Source of the DNA: Octopus sinensis
Taxonomy: Eukaryota
Assembly (NCBI RefSeq): GCF_006345805.1
Contig: NW_021835143.1
Location: forward strand, 1-50,427
Reading direction: 5' to 3'
Length of the DNA: 50,427 nt
Positions within the stretch are counted from its first letter, which is position 1. The number at the start of each line of letters is the position of its first letter. The notes below the pieces were generated by a model that saw only the letters and a list, made by a program, of their open reading frames with translations, made no database searches and was not told the origin of the DNA. Positions 10,946 to 22,769 of the stretch are shown here, piece by piece. A program made the position numbers and the translations under genes.

Positions 10946-11800
10946 CATCATCATCATCATAATCATTTAACGTCCGCTTTCCATGCTAGCATGGGTTGGA
11001 CGGTTCAACGGGGGTCTGGGGACCGAGCCCGAAAGCTGCACCAGTCCAGTCAGATCTGGCAGTGTTTCTACAGCTGGATGCCTTCCTAACGCCAACCACT
11101 GAGAGGTAGAGTGTAGGGGTGATTTATGTGCCACCGACACAGGTGCCAGACGAGGCTGGCAACGGCCACGCTCGGATGGTGTTTTTTATGTGCCACCGAC
11201 ACAGGTGCCAGACGAGGCTGGCAGACGGCCACGCTCGGATGGTGTTTTTTATGTGCCCACCGACACAGGTGCCAGACGAGGCTGGCAGACGCCACGCTCG
11301 GATGGTTTTTATGTGCCACCGACACAGGTGCCAGATGAGGCTGGCAAACGGCCACGATCGGATGGTGCTTGTTACGTGCCACAACACGGAGGCCAGTCGA
11401 TGGCGGTACTGGCTACGGCCACGCTAGGATGGTTTTCTTATGTGCCACGTGCCACCGGCACCGGCACCAAAAAGATACAAATTCCATTGATGTTCATCTA
11501 TTTTGATTTGTTTTGATTTTCACTTGTCTCAACAGGTCTTCACAAGTGCACAAGAAGGAAGGTATGCACAGGTGGACCGGACCACGTCCCAGGCAGGGGC
11601 CATGGGTTATGGTCTCACTAGTCTTGCCGGTCTTCGGATTGGTGTTTTTATGTGCCACCGACACAGGTGCCAGATGAGGCTGGCGAACGGCCACGATCGG
11701 ATGGTGTTTGTCATGTGCCCACCGCACTGACTTTGGGCACTGAGGATTTCTTATGTGCCACAGGCATTTGGTTACCACAAGATACAAATTCCATGATGTT
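10946..11800 (-). mobile_element. RTE-LINE 3' end (family C) with expanded ~60-nt internal repeat and partial UTR re-duplication
   Basis: (CAT)n tail; about 4-5 units gtgccaccgacacaggtgccagacgaggctggca..ggatggtgttttttat; ORF-end remnant ~11612-11635 followed by more units. Confidence 0.85.
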
Positions 11801-11926
11801 TCATATATATATCTATATATATATCTATATATATAATATATAAATATGATGTATGTATGTATAGGTATGGTCAAGTGTTTGTGTGTAAACAAATAAGTGT
11901 TTGTAAGTGTGTGAGTGTAACATGTA

Positions 11927-11971
<45 letters not shown>

Positions 11972-12010
11972 ATAATTATTCAATTTTTCAGTGGTCCAGT
12001 CATTGGAGAA

Positions 12011-12194
12011 AGGGCAAACATTTGTGACCTTTTTTCTGAGGCCTTTGGGGGCTGGTGGTGATAGGAGAGGGGGGAGGGCAGGGAGGGAAATTCTGACTCA
12101 TTGATTGGTTGAGTTGGAAACAGCTTATGAACCTACAATACACACATATCACATATGTCAGCATCATGAGTGTATATATGGTGATCAATATGAG

Positions 12195-12237
<43 letters not shown>

Positions 12238-12468
12238 TGTGTGTGTGTGTATATTCTTTTATTTGTTTCAGTCATTTGATTGTGGTCATGCTGGAGCACC
12301 ACCTTTTTAGTTGAACAAGTCAACCCCAGGACTTATTCTTTGTAAGCCTAGTACTTATTCTATTGGTATCTTTTGCCAAACTGCTAAGTTGCAGGGACGT
12401 AAACACCAACATCGGTTGTCAAGCGATGATGACAGGGGGGAAGGACAAACACAGACACACAAACACAT

Positions 12469-12513
<45 letters not shown>

Positions 12514-12676
12514 CACAATGGGCTTCTCTCAGTTTCCGTCTATCAAATCCACTAACAAGGCTTTGGTCGGCCCGGGGTTATAGTAGAAGACACTTGCCCA
12601 ATGTGCCATGCAGTGGGACTGAACCTAGAACCATGTGGCTGGTAAGCAAGCTACTTACCATGCAGCCACTCCTATG

Positions 12677-12720
<44 letters not shown>

Positions 12721-12950
12721 TATAGAATATATATACACACACACACACACACACATATATATATCTCATATTGATCACCATATATACACTCATGATGCTG
12801 ACATATGTGATATGTGTGTATTGTAGGTTCATAAGCTGTTTCCAACTCAACCAATCAATGAGTCAGAATTTCCCTCCCTGCCCTCCCCCCTCTCCTATCA
12901 CCACCAGTCCCCAAAGGCCTCGGAAAAAGGTCACAGATGTTTGCCTTTTC
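12011..12950. repeat. Near-perfect inverted duplication (arms ~12011-12255 and ~12725-12950)
   Basis: About 200 bp of unique sequence plus (TG)n/(CA)n are reverse complements with only a handful of differences. Confidence 0.95.
12256..12680 (-). mobile_element. Family A SINE in the loop of the inverted duplication
   Basis: Reverse complement of the family A consensus. Confidence 0.9.
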
Positions 12951-13070
12951 TGCAGAAGAGCATAGGCTCGAAACGTAAAAGACTTTTTCTATTCCTGAGC
13001 GTTATACTAATACATCTGTTTGTTTTCTACACCACCTGTCTTTGTCCTTTGTTTTTTTCGTAAAATCTTG

Positions 13071-13072
<2 letters not shown>
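12945..13072 (+). mobile_element. Penelope-like fragment with hammerhead-like motif (12945-12981)
   Basis: ctttt-CTGCAGA-A-GAGC-atag-GCTC-GAAAC-GTA-aaag; T-rich tail ending at (TA)n. Confidence 0.6.
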
Positions 13073-13108
<36 letters not shown>

Positions 13109-13110
<2 letters not shown>

Positions 13111-13783
13111 TCATCATCATCATCGTTTAACGTCCGTTTTCCATGCTAGCATGGGTTGGACGGTTCAACTGGGGTCTGGGAAGCCAGTAGGCTGCACCAG
13201 GCTCAGTCTGATCTGGCAGTGTTTCTACAGCTGGATGCCCTTCCTAATGCCAACCACTCCGTGAGTGTAGTGGGTGCTTTTTACGTGCCACCTGCACAGG
13301 TGCCAGATGAGGCTGGCAAACGGCCACGATCGGATGGTGCTTTTTACGTGCCACCGGCACGGGGGCCAGAGAGGCTGGCAACAGCCACAATCAGATGGTG
13401 CTTTTTATGTGTCACTGGCACGGAGGCCAATCAGGGTGGCACTGGCAACGGCCACGTTCGCATGGTTCTCTTATGTGCCACCGGCACTGGTATCAGAGCT
13501 ACAATTTCCATTGATGTTGATCGATTTCGATTTTGATTTCCACTTGCGTCAACAGGTCTTCACAAGTAGGGTTTGTGTCACAAGAAGGAAAGGTATGCAT
13601 AAGTGGGCTGGCTACGTCCCAGGTAGAGGCCATGGGTTATGGTCTCACTTGTCCTGCCGGGTCTTCCCACCCACAGCATACTTCCAAAGGTCTCAGTCTC
13701 GGGTCATTTCCTCGGTGAGACCTAAAGTTCAAAGGTCGTGCTTCACCACCTCGTCCCAGGTTTTCCTGGGTCTACCCTCTTCC
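13109..13783 (-). mobile_element. 5'-truncated RTE-clade LINE: ORF2 C-terminus (13783-13645) plus ~530-nt 3' UTR
   Basis: Minus translation GRGRPRKTWDEVVKHDL*TLGLTEEMTRD*DLWKYAV..KTRQDK*, the typical RTE GRPRKTW...DR..W end; (GAT)n tail. Confidence 0.85.
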
Positions 13784-14217
13784 ATAATATATATATATAT
13801 ATGCCACGCAGTGGGACTGAACCTGGAACCATGTGGTTCGTAAGCAAGCTACTTACCACACAGCCACTCCTACACCTATATATATACATACATATATACA
13901 CAAGGATATATGTATGTACATATAGTGTGTGTGTGTGCATGTGTGTGTGTATAGTCTGTGGAGTCACCATGATGGTTATGTAGTCAGTACGGTCATGAGA
14001 TCCAAAATAGGGTCACTCGTACGGTGGCTATTATGAACAGGACCCATTTTGTGTTTTGGGGGAAATGTAGTCAGCAGGAACACAGTGTAGTTGATGAGTG
14101 TTTTGATCCCATTCAGTGCCGAGGTCAATTCCTCATCTGCCTGCTGTTGATCCATGGGAGCAGGATGAAAGCCTCAACAGACATGGCTGGTTTATGCTAT
14201 CACAGTTACCAGCCGAC

Positions 14218-14277
14218 CTGTCCACGGTGGCTGGCGTGAGGTCAGCAGATTAACTTGGTTTATACTGTTAGCAAAAC
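14218..14277 (-). CDS. Candidate small phase 1-1 exon (G)FANSINQVNLLTSRQPPWT(G)
   Basis: Strong acceptor tgtttctctacAG|G at 14278/14277 in unique DNA; weak donors at 14217 (GTCGGC) or 14209 (GTAACT); alternatively a UTR exon preceding a 59-aa ORF 14155-13976. Confidence 0.25.
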
Positions 14278-14879
14278 CTGTAGAGAAACACAACAATAAG
14301 CACAACAACAACAACAACAACAACAACAATTCAATGATTATTGATGTTTCTATTTATACATTTTTTTTTATAATACTAACTTTATTGTTATGCTACCTGA
14401 CAGAAAAAGAAGAAAAGAACAGAAAAATGTATTTTTTGTGTAGAGATGGGCGCCATCTGGTGTCTACTTGTTTCTACCCCCACCAACATCTCAATCACCA
14501 CACCACCACCATCACCACCACCACCCCACCACCACCACCACCACAACCACCACCACCACCACCACCACCATCACCACCACACACACCACCACAACCACCA
14601 CCACCACACACCACCACAACCACCACCACCACCACTACCATCACTACCACCATCACCACCACCACCACCACCACCACCACCACCACCACCACCATCACGA
14701 AACATCACTGTCAGCTGTCATAGGAAAACTTCCATATTTGCTGTGCTGTATGCGATATGATGTTCTTTGTTCAGCACTTTTAAGTGATTTTTCATTAGTG
14801 ATGGTCAACTTAGGTCACTTACTGGTGACAAGGTTTCTCATTGGCATTGAGGCCTCATGCACTCTAACTACGAATTCCA

Positions 14880-15265
14880 CCTGTGTGGTAAGTAGCTTGC
14901 TAACCAACCACATGGTTCCGGGTTCAGTCCCACTGCGTGGCATCTTGGGCAAGTGTCTTCTGCTATAGCCCCGGGCCGACCAATGCCTTGTGAGTGGATT
15001 TGGTAGATGGAAACTGAAAGAAGCCTGTCGTATATATGTATATATATGTGTGTGTATGTGTGTTTGTGTTTGTCCCCCCAACATCGCTTGACAACCGATG
15101 CTGGTGTGTTTGCGTCCCCGTCACTTAGCGGTTCGGCAAAAAGAGACCGATAGAATAAGTACTGGGCTTACAAAGAATAAGTCCCGGGGTCGAATCGCTC
15201 GACTAAAGGCGGTGCTCCAGCATGGCCGCAGTCAAATGACTGAAACAAGTAAAAGAGTAAAGAGT
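14880..15265 (+). mobile_element. Family A SINE, slightly 5'-truncated
   Basis: Matches family A from ctgtgtggtaag to the tail. Confidence 0.9.
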
Positions 15266-15404
15266 ACTACCATTTGGGACTAAAGACGGTCAACACAACA
15301 TCACATGGGTCGTAATTGTGACCTCAATATGTAACTGGTATAAAGGTGGAGAGTTGGTAGGATTGTTAACATACTGGGAAAAATGCTTAGCAGGATTTTT
15401 GTCC

Positions 15405-16412
15405 GTCATGTAGAGTCTTCTTGTGGACATGACCTGGGCATTATTGTCCGCAGCGATTTGCACTGGACAAAGCACATCTCTAAAATTGTCAAGAAGGCCG
15501 AGAGTGTCTTGGCATCATTCAGCAAGCCCTTTGGCAGCCACTCTCCAGCTATCTACTTAACCCTTTAGCAATTAAACTGGCCATATCCGGCCAAAAGTAT
15601 TCTGCCTGTTTTATGTTCAAACTGGCCAGATCTGGTCTCTCATACCAGCCCTACAATATCGTTTTAAAAATTAACAGCTACCTCATTAGAATCTCAGAGC
15701 TACAAGATAATGCCTGATTAGTTCAAGACAATGTGGATAAAAAAGGATTAATTTGGGCAGAATAATGCGAACACTAAAGGGTTAAGGCTGTATATGGGTA
15801 TGGTGCGGCCACACTTGGAATTTGCATCACCAGTCTGGAACCCCTATCTTGCTCAGGACATTGACCTCCTGGAAACTGTTCAGAGACATGCAACCAAGTG
15901 AATGCCCTCCATCAGGCATCTACAATACTCTGAACGCCTTGCTTCCTTGGGCATGGATGCATTGAAGCTCTGATGTCTGGCAACTGACTTGGTTAACACC
16001 ATCAAAATTATTAACCATCATGCCAACAACCACCTAGAGCACCTTTTTGAGCCCCATGTGTCTAACACATGTGGGCTTGCCTACAAAGTCAGAAAACAGC
16101 ACAGCTCCCCATGACTTTCGCCAACATATTTTCACACTCAGAGTTGCTGAATCATGGAACAAACTACCTGCATCAGTTGCTGAGACATTGCATCCTTTAA
16201 AACCTCCATGCTTCCTGAAATTCACCATCACTACACCTGATATCCTACACCCTCCATACGCATGCACACACGTCTATCCTGACTCATACACTGTTCACTT
16301 TCCTGATTTTTGTACATAATTCTATGTACTGTACATGCACCTTTGATGAGTTTTAGTGCACCTGAGCACTATACACAATAATTTCATTATTATCATTATC
16401 ATTATCATTATT
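15405..16412 (+). mobile_element. 5'-truncated CR1-clade LINE, decayed RT C-terminus and 3' UTR, interrupted by a MITE
   Basis: DLGIIVRSDLHWTKHISKIVKKA...IYL|RLYMGMVRPHLEFASPVWNPYLAQDIDLLETVQRHATK...RVAESWNKLPASV; (ATT)n-type tail. Confidence 0.92.
15561..15781. mobile_element. 221-bp piggyBac-type MITE
   Basis: TTAA|CCCTTTAG...CTAAAGGG|TTAA; removing it plus one TTAA restores the CR1 frame (IYLRLY). Confidence 0.9.
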
Positions 16413-16414
16413 AT

Positions 16415-16553
16415 AAGTTCAAATTTTGCTAAGTTCAACTTTGTCTTTCATCCATTCAGGTTCGATTAAATAAGTACCAGTTACGCACTGGGATTGATGT
16501 AATTGACTTATCCCCTCCCCATAAATTGCTGGCCTTATGTCAAAATTTGTGAC

Positions 16554-16603
<50 letters not shown>

Positions 16604-16790
16604 CTAAGGTGGCAAGCTGGTAAAGTCATAAGCATGCCAGGCTAAATGCTTAACGACGTTTCATCTGTCTTTACATTCTGAGTTCAAATTCTGCCGATGT
16701 CAACTTTGCCTTCCATCCTTTTGGGGTTGATAAATTAAATACCAGTTTTGAACTGGGGGATGTCGATGTGATCAATTTACCTCCTCCTCT
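16415..16790. mobile_element. Two family B SINE fragments in opposite orientation around (ATT)n
   Basis: 16415-16560 and 16605-16790 both match 3853-4072 motifs. Confidence 0.65.
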
Positions 16791-17134
16791 GAATGGTGGT
16801 TGTGACAGGAGGGGGAGGTTACAGGTAACGATGATGATGATTGTTGTTGTTGTTATGGCAGTGGTGCCAACAGGGGGTGTTGCTAGCAATCGTGACGATA
16901 ACAACAATGATGATGACGCTGATGATGGTGATGACAGTGACGACGACGATGATGATGATGATGGTGATGATGATGATGATGATGATGATAGTGATGACAA
17001 TGATGATGATGACGATGACAGAAGTGATTGTGAGAGGAGGGGGCTGCAGGTGGCAATGATGATAATCATGATGATGATGATGGTTGTGGTGGTGGTGGTG
17101 GTGGTGGTGGTGGTGGTGGTGGTGATGGTGGTGA

Positions 17135-19772
17135 TGTTGGCAGGGGTGGTGATGGTGGTGGTGTTGGCAGGGGTGGTGATGGTGGTGATGTTGGCAGGGG
17201 TGGTGATGGTGGTGATGTTGGCAGGGGTGGTGGTGGTGGTGATGTTGGCAGGGGTGGTGATGGTGGTGGTGTTGGCAGGGGTGGTGATGGTGGTGGTGTT
17301 GGCAGGGTGGTGATGGTGGGATGTTGGCAGGGTGGGATGGTGGTGGTGTTGGCAGGGGTGGTGATGGTGGTGGTGTTGGCATTGGGTGGTGATGGTGGTG
17401 GTGTTGGCAGGTGGTGATGGTGGTTGATGTTGGCAGGGGTGGTGATGTGGTGGTGTTGGCAGGGGTGGTGATGGTGGTGATGTTGGCAGGGGTGGTGATG
17501 TGGTGGTGTTGGCAGGGTGGTGATGGTGGTGATGTTGGCAGGGGTGGTGATGGTGGTGGTGTTGCAGGGGTGGTGATGGTGGTGATGGTTGCAGGGGGTG
17601 TGATGGTGGTGTGTTGGCAGGGGTGGTGATGGTGGTGGTTGTTGGCAGGGGTGTGATGGTGGTGGTGTTGGCAGGGGTGGTGATGGTGGTGATGTTGGCA
17701 TGGGGGTGATGGTTGTGATGTTGGCATGGTGGTTGTGGTGGTGATGTTGGCAGGGGGGTGGGGTGGTGTTGTTGGCAGGGGGGTGATGGTGGTGATGTTG
17801 GCAGGGGTGGTGATGGTGGGGTGTTGGCAGGGGTGGTGATGGTGGTGGTGTTGGCAGGGGTGGTGATGGTGGTGATGTTGGCAGGGTGGTGATGGTGGTG
17901 ATGTTGGCAGGGGTGTGGTGGATGGTGGTGGTGTTGGCAGGGGTGGTGATGGTGGTGGTGTTGGCAGGGGGGTGATGGTGGTGGGTGGTTTGCGAGGGTG
18001 GTGATGGTGGTGATTTTGCAGGGGTTGTGATGGTGTGGTGTTGGCAGGGGTGTGGTGGTGGTGGTGTTGGCAGGGGTGGTGATGGTGGTGTATGTTGGAG
18101 GGGTGGTGATGGTGGTGATGTTGGCAGGGGTGGTTGATGTGTGGTGATTGTTGGCAGGGTGGTGATGGTGGTGATGTTGGCAGGGGTGGTGATTGGTGGT
18201 GATGTTGGCAGTGGTGATGGTGGTGATGTTGGCAGGGGTGGTGATGGTGGTGGTGTTTGCAGGGGGGGTGGTGATGGTGGTGGTTTTGGCAGGGGTGGTG
18301 ATGGTGGTGATGTTGGCAGGGGTGGTGATGGTGGTGGTGTTTGTCAGGGTGGTGTGGTGGTGGTGTTGGCAGGGGGGATGGTGGTGGTGTTTGCAGGGGT
18401 GGTGATGGTGGTGATGTTGGCAGGGGTGGTGATGGTGGTGATGTTGGCAGGGTGGTGATGGTGGTTGATGTTGGCAGGGGTGGTGATGGTGGTGGTGTTG
18501 GCAGGGGTGGTGATGTGTGATGTTGGCAGGGTGGTGATGGTGGTGATGTTGGCAGGGTTGGTGATGGTGGTGATGTTGGCAGGGGTGGTGATGGTGGTGA
18601 TGTTGGCAGGGGTGGTGATGTGGTGATGTTGGCAGGGTTGTGATGGTGTGATGTTGGCAGGGTGGTGATGGTGGTGATGTTGGCAGGGGTGGTGATGGTG
18701 GTGTTGGCAGGGGTGGTGGTGGTGGTGGTGTTGGCAGGTGTTTAGTGGTGGTGATGTTGGCAGGGGTGTTGATGTGGTGAGGTGTGGCAGTGTGGTGATG
18801 GTGGTGAGTTGGCAGGGGTGGTGATGGTGGTGATGTTGGCGAGGGGTGGTGATGTGGTGATGTTGGCAGGGGTGGTGATGGTGGTGATTTGGCCAGGGGT
18901 GGTGATGGTGGTGATGTTGGCAGGGGGTGGTGATGGTGGTTGGTGTTGCAGGGGTGGTGTGGTTGGTGATGTTGGCAGGGTGGTGATGGTGGTGGTGTTG
19001 GCAGGGGTGGTGATGGTGGTGGTGTTGGCAGGGGTGGTTGATGGTGGTGATGTTGGCAGGGGGGTGTGGTGGTGATGTTGGCAGGGGTGGTGATGGTGTG
19101 GTGTTGGCAGGGGTGGTGATGGTGGGGGTGTTGGCAGGGGTGGTGATGGTGGTGATGTTGGCAGGGGTGGTGATGGTGGTGGTGTTGGCAGGGGTGGTGA
19201 TGGTGGTGGTGTTGGCAGGGGTGGTGATGGTGGTGATGTTGCAGGTTGGTGATGGTGGTGGTGTTGGCAGGGGTGGTGATGGTGGTGGTGTTGGCAGGGG
19301 TGGTGATGGTGGTGATGTTGGCAGGGGTGGTGATGGTGGTGATGTTGGCAGGGGTGGTGATGGTGGTGGTGTTGGCAGGGGTGGTGATGGTGGTGATGTT
19401 GGCAGGGGTGGTGATGGTGGTGATGTTGGCAGGGGTGGTGATGGTGGTGGTGTTGGCAGGGGTGGTGATGGTGGTGATGTTGGCAGGGGTGGTGATGGTG
19501 GTGGTGTTGGCAGGGGTGGTGATGGTGGTGGTGTTGGCAGGGGTGGTGATGGTGGTGGTGTTGGCAGGGGTGGTGATGGTGGTGATGTTGGCAGGGGTGG
19601 TGATGGTGGTGATGTTGGCAGGGGTGGTGATGGTGGTGATGTTGGCAGGGGTGGTGATGGTGGTGATGTTGGCAGGGGTGGTGATGGTGGTGGTGTTGGC
19701 AGGGGTGGTGATGGTGGTGATGTTGGCAGGGGTGGTGATGGTGGTGGTGTTGGCAGGGGTGGTGATGGTGGT
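17135..19772. repeat. 27-bp G-rich minisatellite, ~95-100 copies
   Basis: Unit gttggcaggggtggtgatggtggt(gat/ggt); clean ends, indel-rich centre. Confidence 0.97.
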
Positions 19773-19854
19773 GACAGAATTACATCAGAAGCAAAAACAA
19801 ACATTAACAGCTGGAACAGAAAGTGCATTGAATGGAGGACAAACTCAGTGACCT

Positions 19855-20117
19855 GAACACACACACACACATGCATAGACACACACACACACACATGCAT
19901 GGACACACAATCTCTCTCATACAAACACAAACACACATACACACACACATGCATAGACACACACACACACATGCATAGACACACACACACACACACACAT
20001 GCATAGACACACACACACACACATGCATGGACACGCAATCTCTCTCTCATACAAACACAAACACACATACACACACACATGCATAGACACACACACACAC
20101 ACACACACACATGCATA

Positions 20118-20153
<36 letters not shown>

Positions 20154-20290
20154 CATAGACACGCAATCTCTCTCATACAAACACAAACACACATACACAC
20201 ACACATGCATAGACACACACACACATACACAATCTCTCTGTCACACACACACACTCACTCCCACACATACACACACACACACTATGTCTC
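19855..20290. repeat. (CA)n-derived repeat with higher-order catgcatagac units
   Basis: Directly visible. Confidence 0.9.
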
Positions 20291-20446
20291 TCTCTTATGC
20301 ACACCCACACACGCATGCACACCCACAGAGTGAATCAGTCAATTTAGCACCGAGTAACCTCCGCAGCCAGTTATGCTAATGGCTGTGGATCTCTATGGAT
20401 CTCCGTCACTTTGACAATGTGGACTCAGTTACCAGATTACCTGGCC

Positions 20447-20570
20447 CAATATACCCAGTATACCCATCATGATTACCCGTCTGATAAGGGTACACCAGGT
20501 ACATGCATCACAACCATATGTGCGGTGACATGGTGATCTCATATCAAGTTAAACAGCACATGACCTTGCA
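20447..20570 (-). mobile_element. Fragment of the (AAT)n-flanked retroelement (family E)
   Basis: Reverse complement of ~47445-47560. Confidence 0.85.
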
Positions 20571-20723
20571 TTTTATTTTAAGGTGAGGGGACAAGTATTG
20601 GTTAAGTAAAAGCAAAATTAATATTAATTTATATTAATTAGGTGGAAATAATTAAAAATTATAAATATTAAGTTGTATTTAACCACTTCACTCTTTTTTA
20701 TTACTCTGTTCCTGAAGAAATAC

Positions 20724-21048
20724 ATCATCATCATCATCATTGTTCGACCGTGGTCGAGACAATGGAATTTACCATGCTACGCCAGACTTCACGGTCCATC
20801 ATGGCATTACGGAGGTCCTGTTGCTGGATGCCTGTATCCCTGGAGATTACATCAGGGTAGGAGAGTGTCCGCCCTCTGGTATTGCGAGTAGATGGCTTCC
20901 AGAGGAGAAGACTAGAAATTACCTCTTTTTCAGCTCTACAACAATGTCCAGCAAACTGGACTCTCCTACCTTTCACAAGAGATGACACAGGTGGTAGTTT
21001 CCCATATATTTGCATTTTGGCTGGATGGCGCTTCCACGAGAGATTTTG
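20724..21048 (-). mobile_element. 5'-truncated RTE-clade LINE (second family), ORF C-terminus with (TGA)n tail
   Basis: QNLSWKRHPAKMQIYGKLPPVSSLVKGRRVQFAGHCCR...LLWKP...RGRTLSYPD...DREVWR...EQ* immediately followed by tgatgatga. Confidence 0.9.
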
Positions 21049-22034
21049 AAATACACTGACTTTGTTTTCAGTTTATTTTGAAAATAATTAGGAATTTAAT
21101 AAACTAATCTTCTCGTTATTAATCTGCTGTCTGGAGGTAAGCATCAGAGAATGATACAGACAGATGCAGCTATAGAATATACACTGTTTTTGATTCGATT
21201 AACTTTGGAAATTTTGATGAATTTAGTAAAATATTAAACTATTATTTGAAACATGGAATTTTGATGGAAGTAGATCACTTTAACCGTTTTCTTGCCATAT
21301 TTCTGTTCAAATCCACTGACTTTGTTCAATTAATTCTGAAATTAACGAAGAATTCAATAAAACAACTTTGTTATTATTAAGCTGGTACTTTGGAACATAA
21401 GTTAGCATGGAATTTTGATGGAAGGTTTTGATTTAGTTCTCTTTTGATAGGAAATTTGTCTCTAGAACCAAGGGTTCTCTTATGTGGCTTGGTACCAAAG
21501 GGGTAAAAGAACTGAGTGTACAATAGACAGTCTTGCAATATTTCTTCCGGTTCATTATGTTCTGAGTTCAAATTCTACCAAAGTCAATTTTGCTTTTCAT
21601 CCTTCTTGGGAAGTGGTCACTAAAATAAGACACCAGTTAAGAACAATGGTCAATGTAATTGACTAACCTTCTCCCTGCCAAAGTGCTGCTGGCCCAGTTC
21701 CTTAAAACAATTCATCATCATCGATGCCAGTGCCACCTGACTGGCACCTGTGCTGGTGGCACGTAAAACATATCATTCTTCAGTTTTTGTCTACCAAATC
21801 CACTCACAAGGCTTTGGTTGACCTGAAGCCATGGCAAAAGACACTTACTCGAGGTGCCACACAGTGAGACTGAACCCAGAACCATGTGGTTGGTAAGCAA
21901 GCTACTTACCACAATATATATATGACATCATCATCATCATCGTCATTTAATGTCCATTTTTCATGTCAGCATGGGTTGGATGGTTTTCATTACAGTTTTT
22001 AATTTTTGATAAAATTTTTAAGATGTTTGTTTAA

Positions 22035-22255
22035 CCCTTTCGTTACTGTATTTATTTTGAGATGCTCTGTGTTTCTTTTAATTAATTCTAAATATAACAA
22101 AGAATTTAGAGAAATAACTTAGTTATCATTAAGCTAGTGTTAGGAACATAAATTGTGACTAAGGTTTGGTGGAAGATTTTAATTCAAAACTTTTGAAAAC
22201 AAGATATTTGTACTCAGAGCCAGAGCTGGTTTCAGCCAGGTTGGTAACGAAAGGG
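22035..22255. mobile_element. 221-bp TTAA MITE
   Basis: TTAA|CCCTTTCGTTAC...GTAACGAAAGGG|TTAA, 12-bp perfect TIR. Confidence 0.92.
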
Positions 22256-22286
22256 TTAAGAATTGTTTCTCTATTATATATTTTAA

Positions 22287-22509
22287 CCCTTTTGTTACCC
22301 TATTTCTGTTGAGATGCTCTGTGTTCCTTTCAATTAATTTTAAATATAACAAAGAATTTAGTAAAATAACTTAGTTATCATTAAGCTAGTGTTAGGAGTG
22401 TTAATTGTGAGTAAGGTTTGGGTGGAAGATTTTAATTCAAAACTTATGAAAACAAGACATTTGTACTAAAGAGCCAGAGGTGGTTTCAGCCGGGTTGGTA
22501 ACGAAAGGG
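22287..22509. mobile_element. Second TTAA MITE of the same family, same orientation, ~30 bp downstream
   Basis: TTAA|CCCTTTTGTTAC...GTAACGAAAGGG|TTAA. Confidence 0.92.
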
Positions 22510-22769
22510 TTAAATAAATCCATTTCAAGAAAGTATCAAGCAGGCCGCAGGATAAAAGTCTGCGGACCAGATGCTGCCCGCAGGCCTGAGGTTGGGTATG
22601 AGAAAGGGAGAAAGAGAGAGCGAGTGAGCGAGCGAGAGAGAGAGAAAGTATAACCGTGTATGTGTGCTTGTATGGCAATGCTTTTGAGGTGAATCAACTT
22701 TTGAAAGAGAGAGAAACTTAGTGAAGCTTCCAACTGTTGCTGCACTGACTGCAACAACAGTTCTTGTAT

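Noticed and set aside
13300-13335. CAGATGA-GGC...GCC in RTE UTR units as a hammerhead
   Set aside because: No GAAA after the stem and U4 is absent
16819-20254. Extensin-like PTSPPSPPL and Gly/Val-rich ORFs up to 636 aa
   Set aside because: Automatic product of a 27-bp G-rich repeat flanked by microsatellites; no splice or start context
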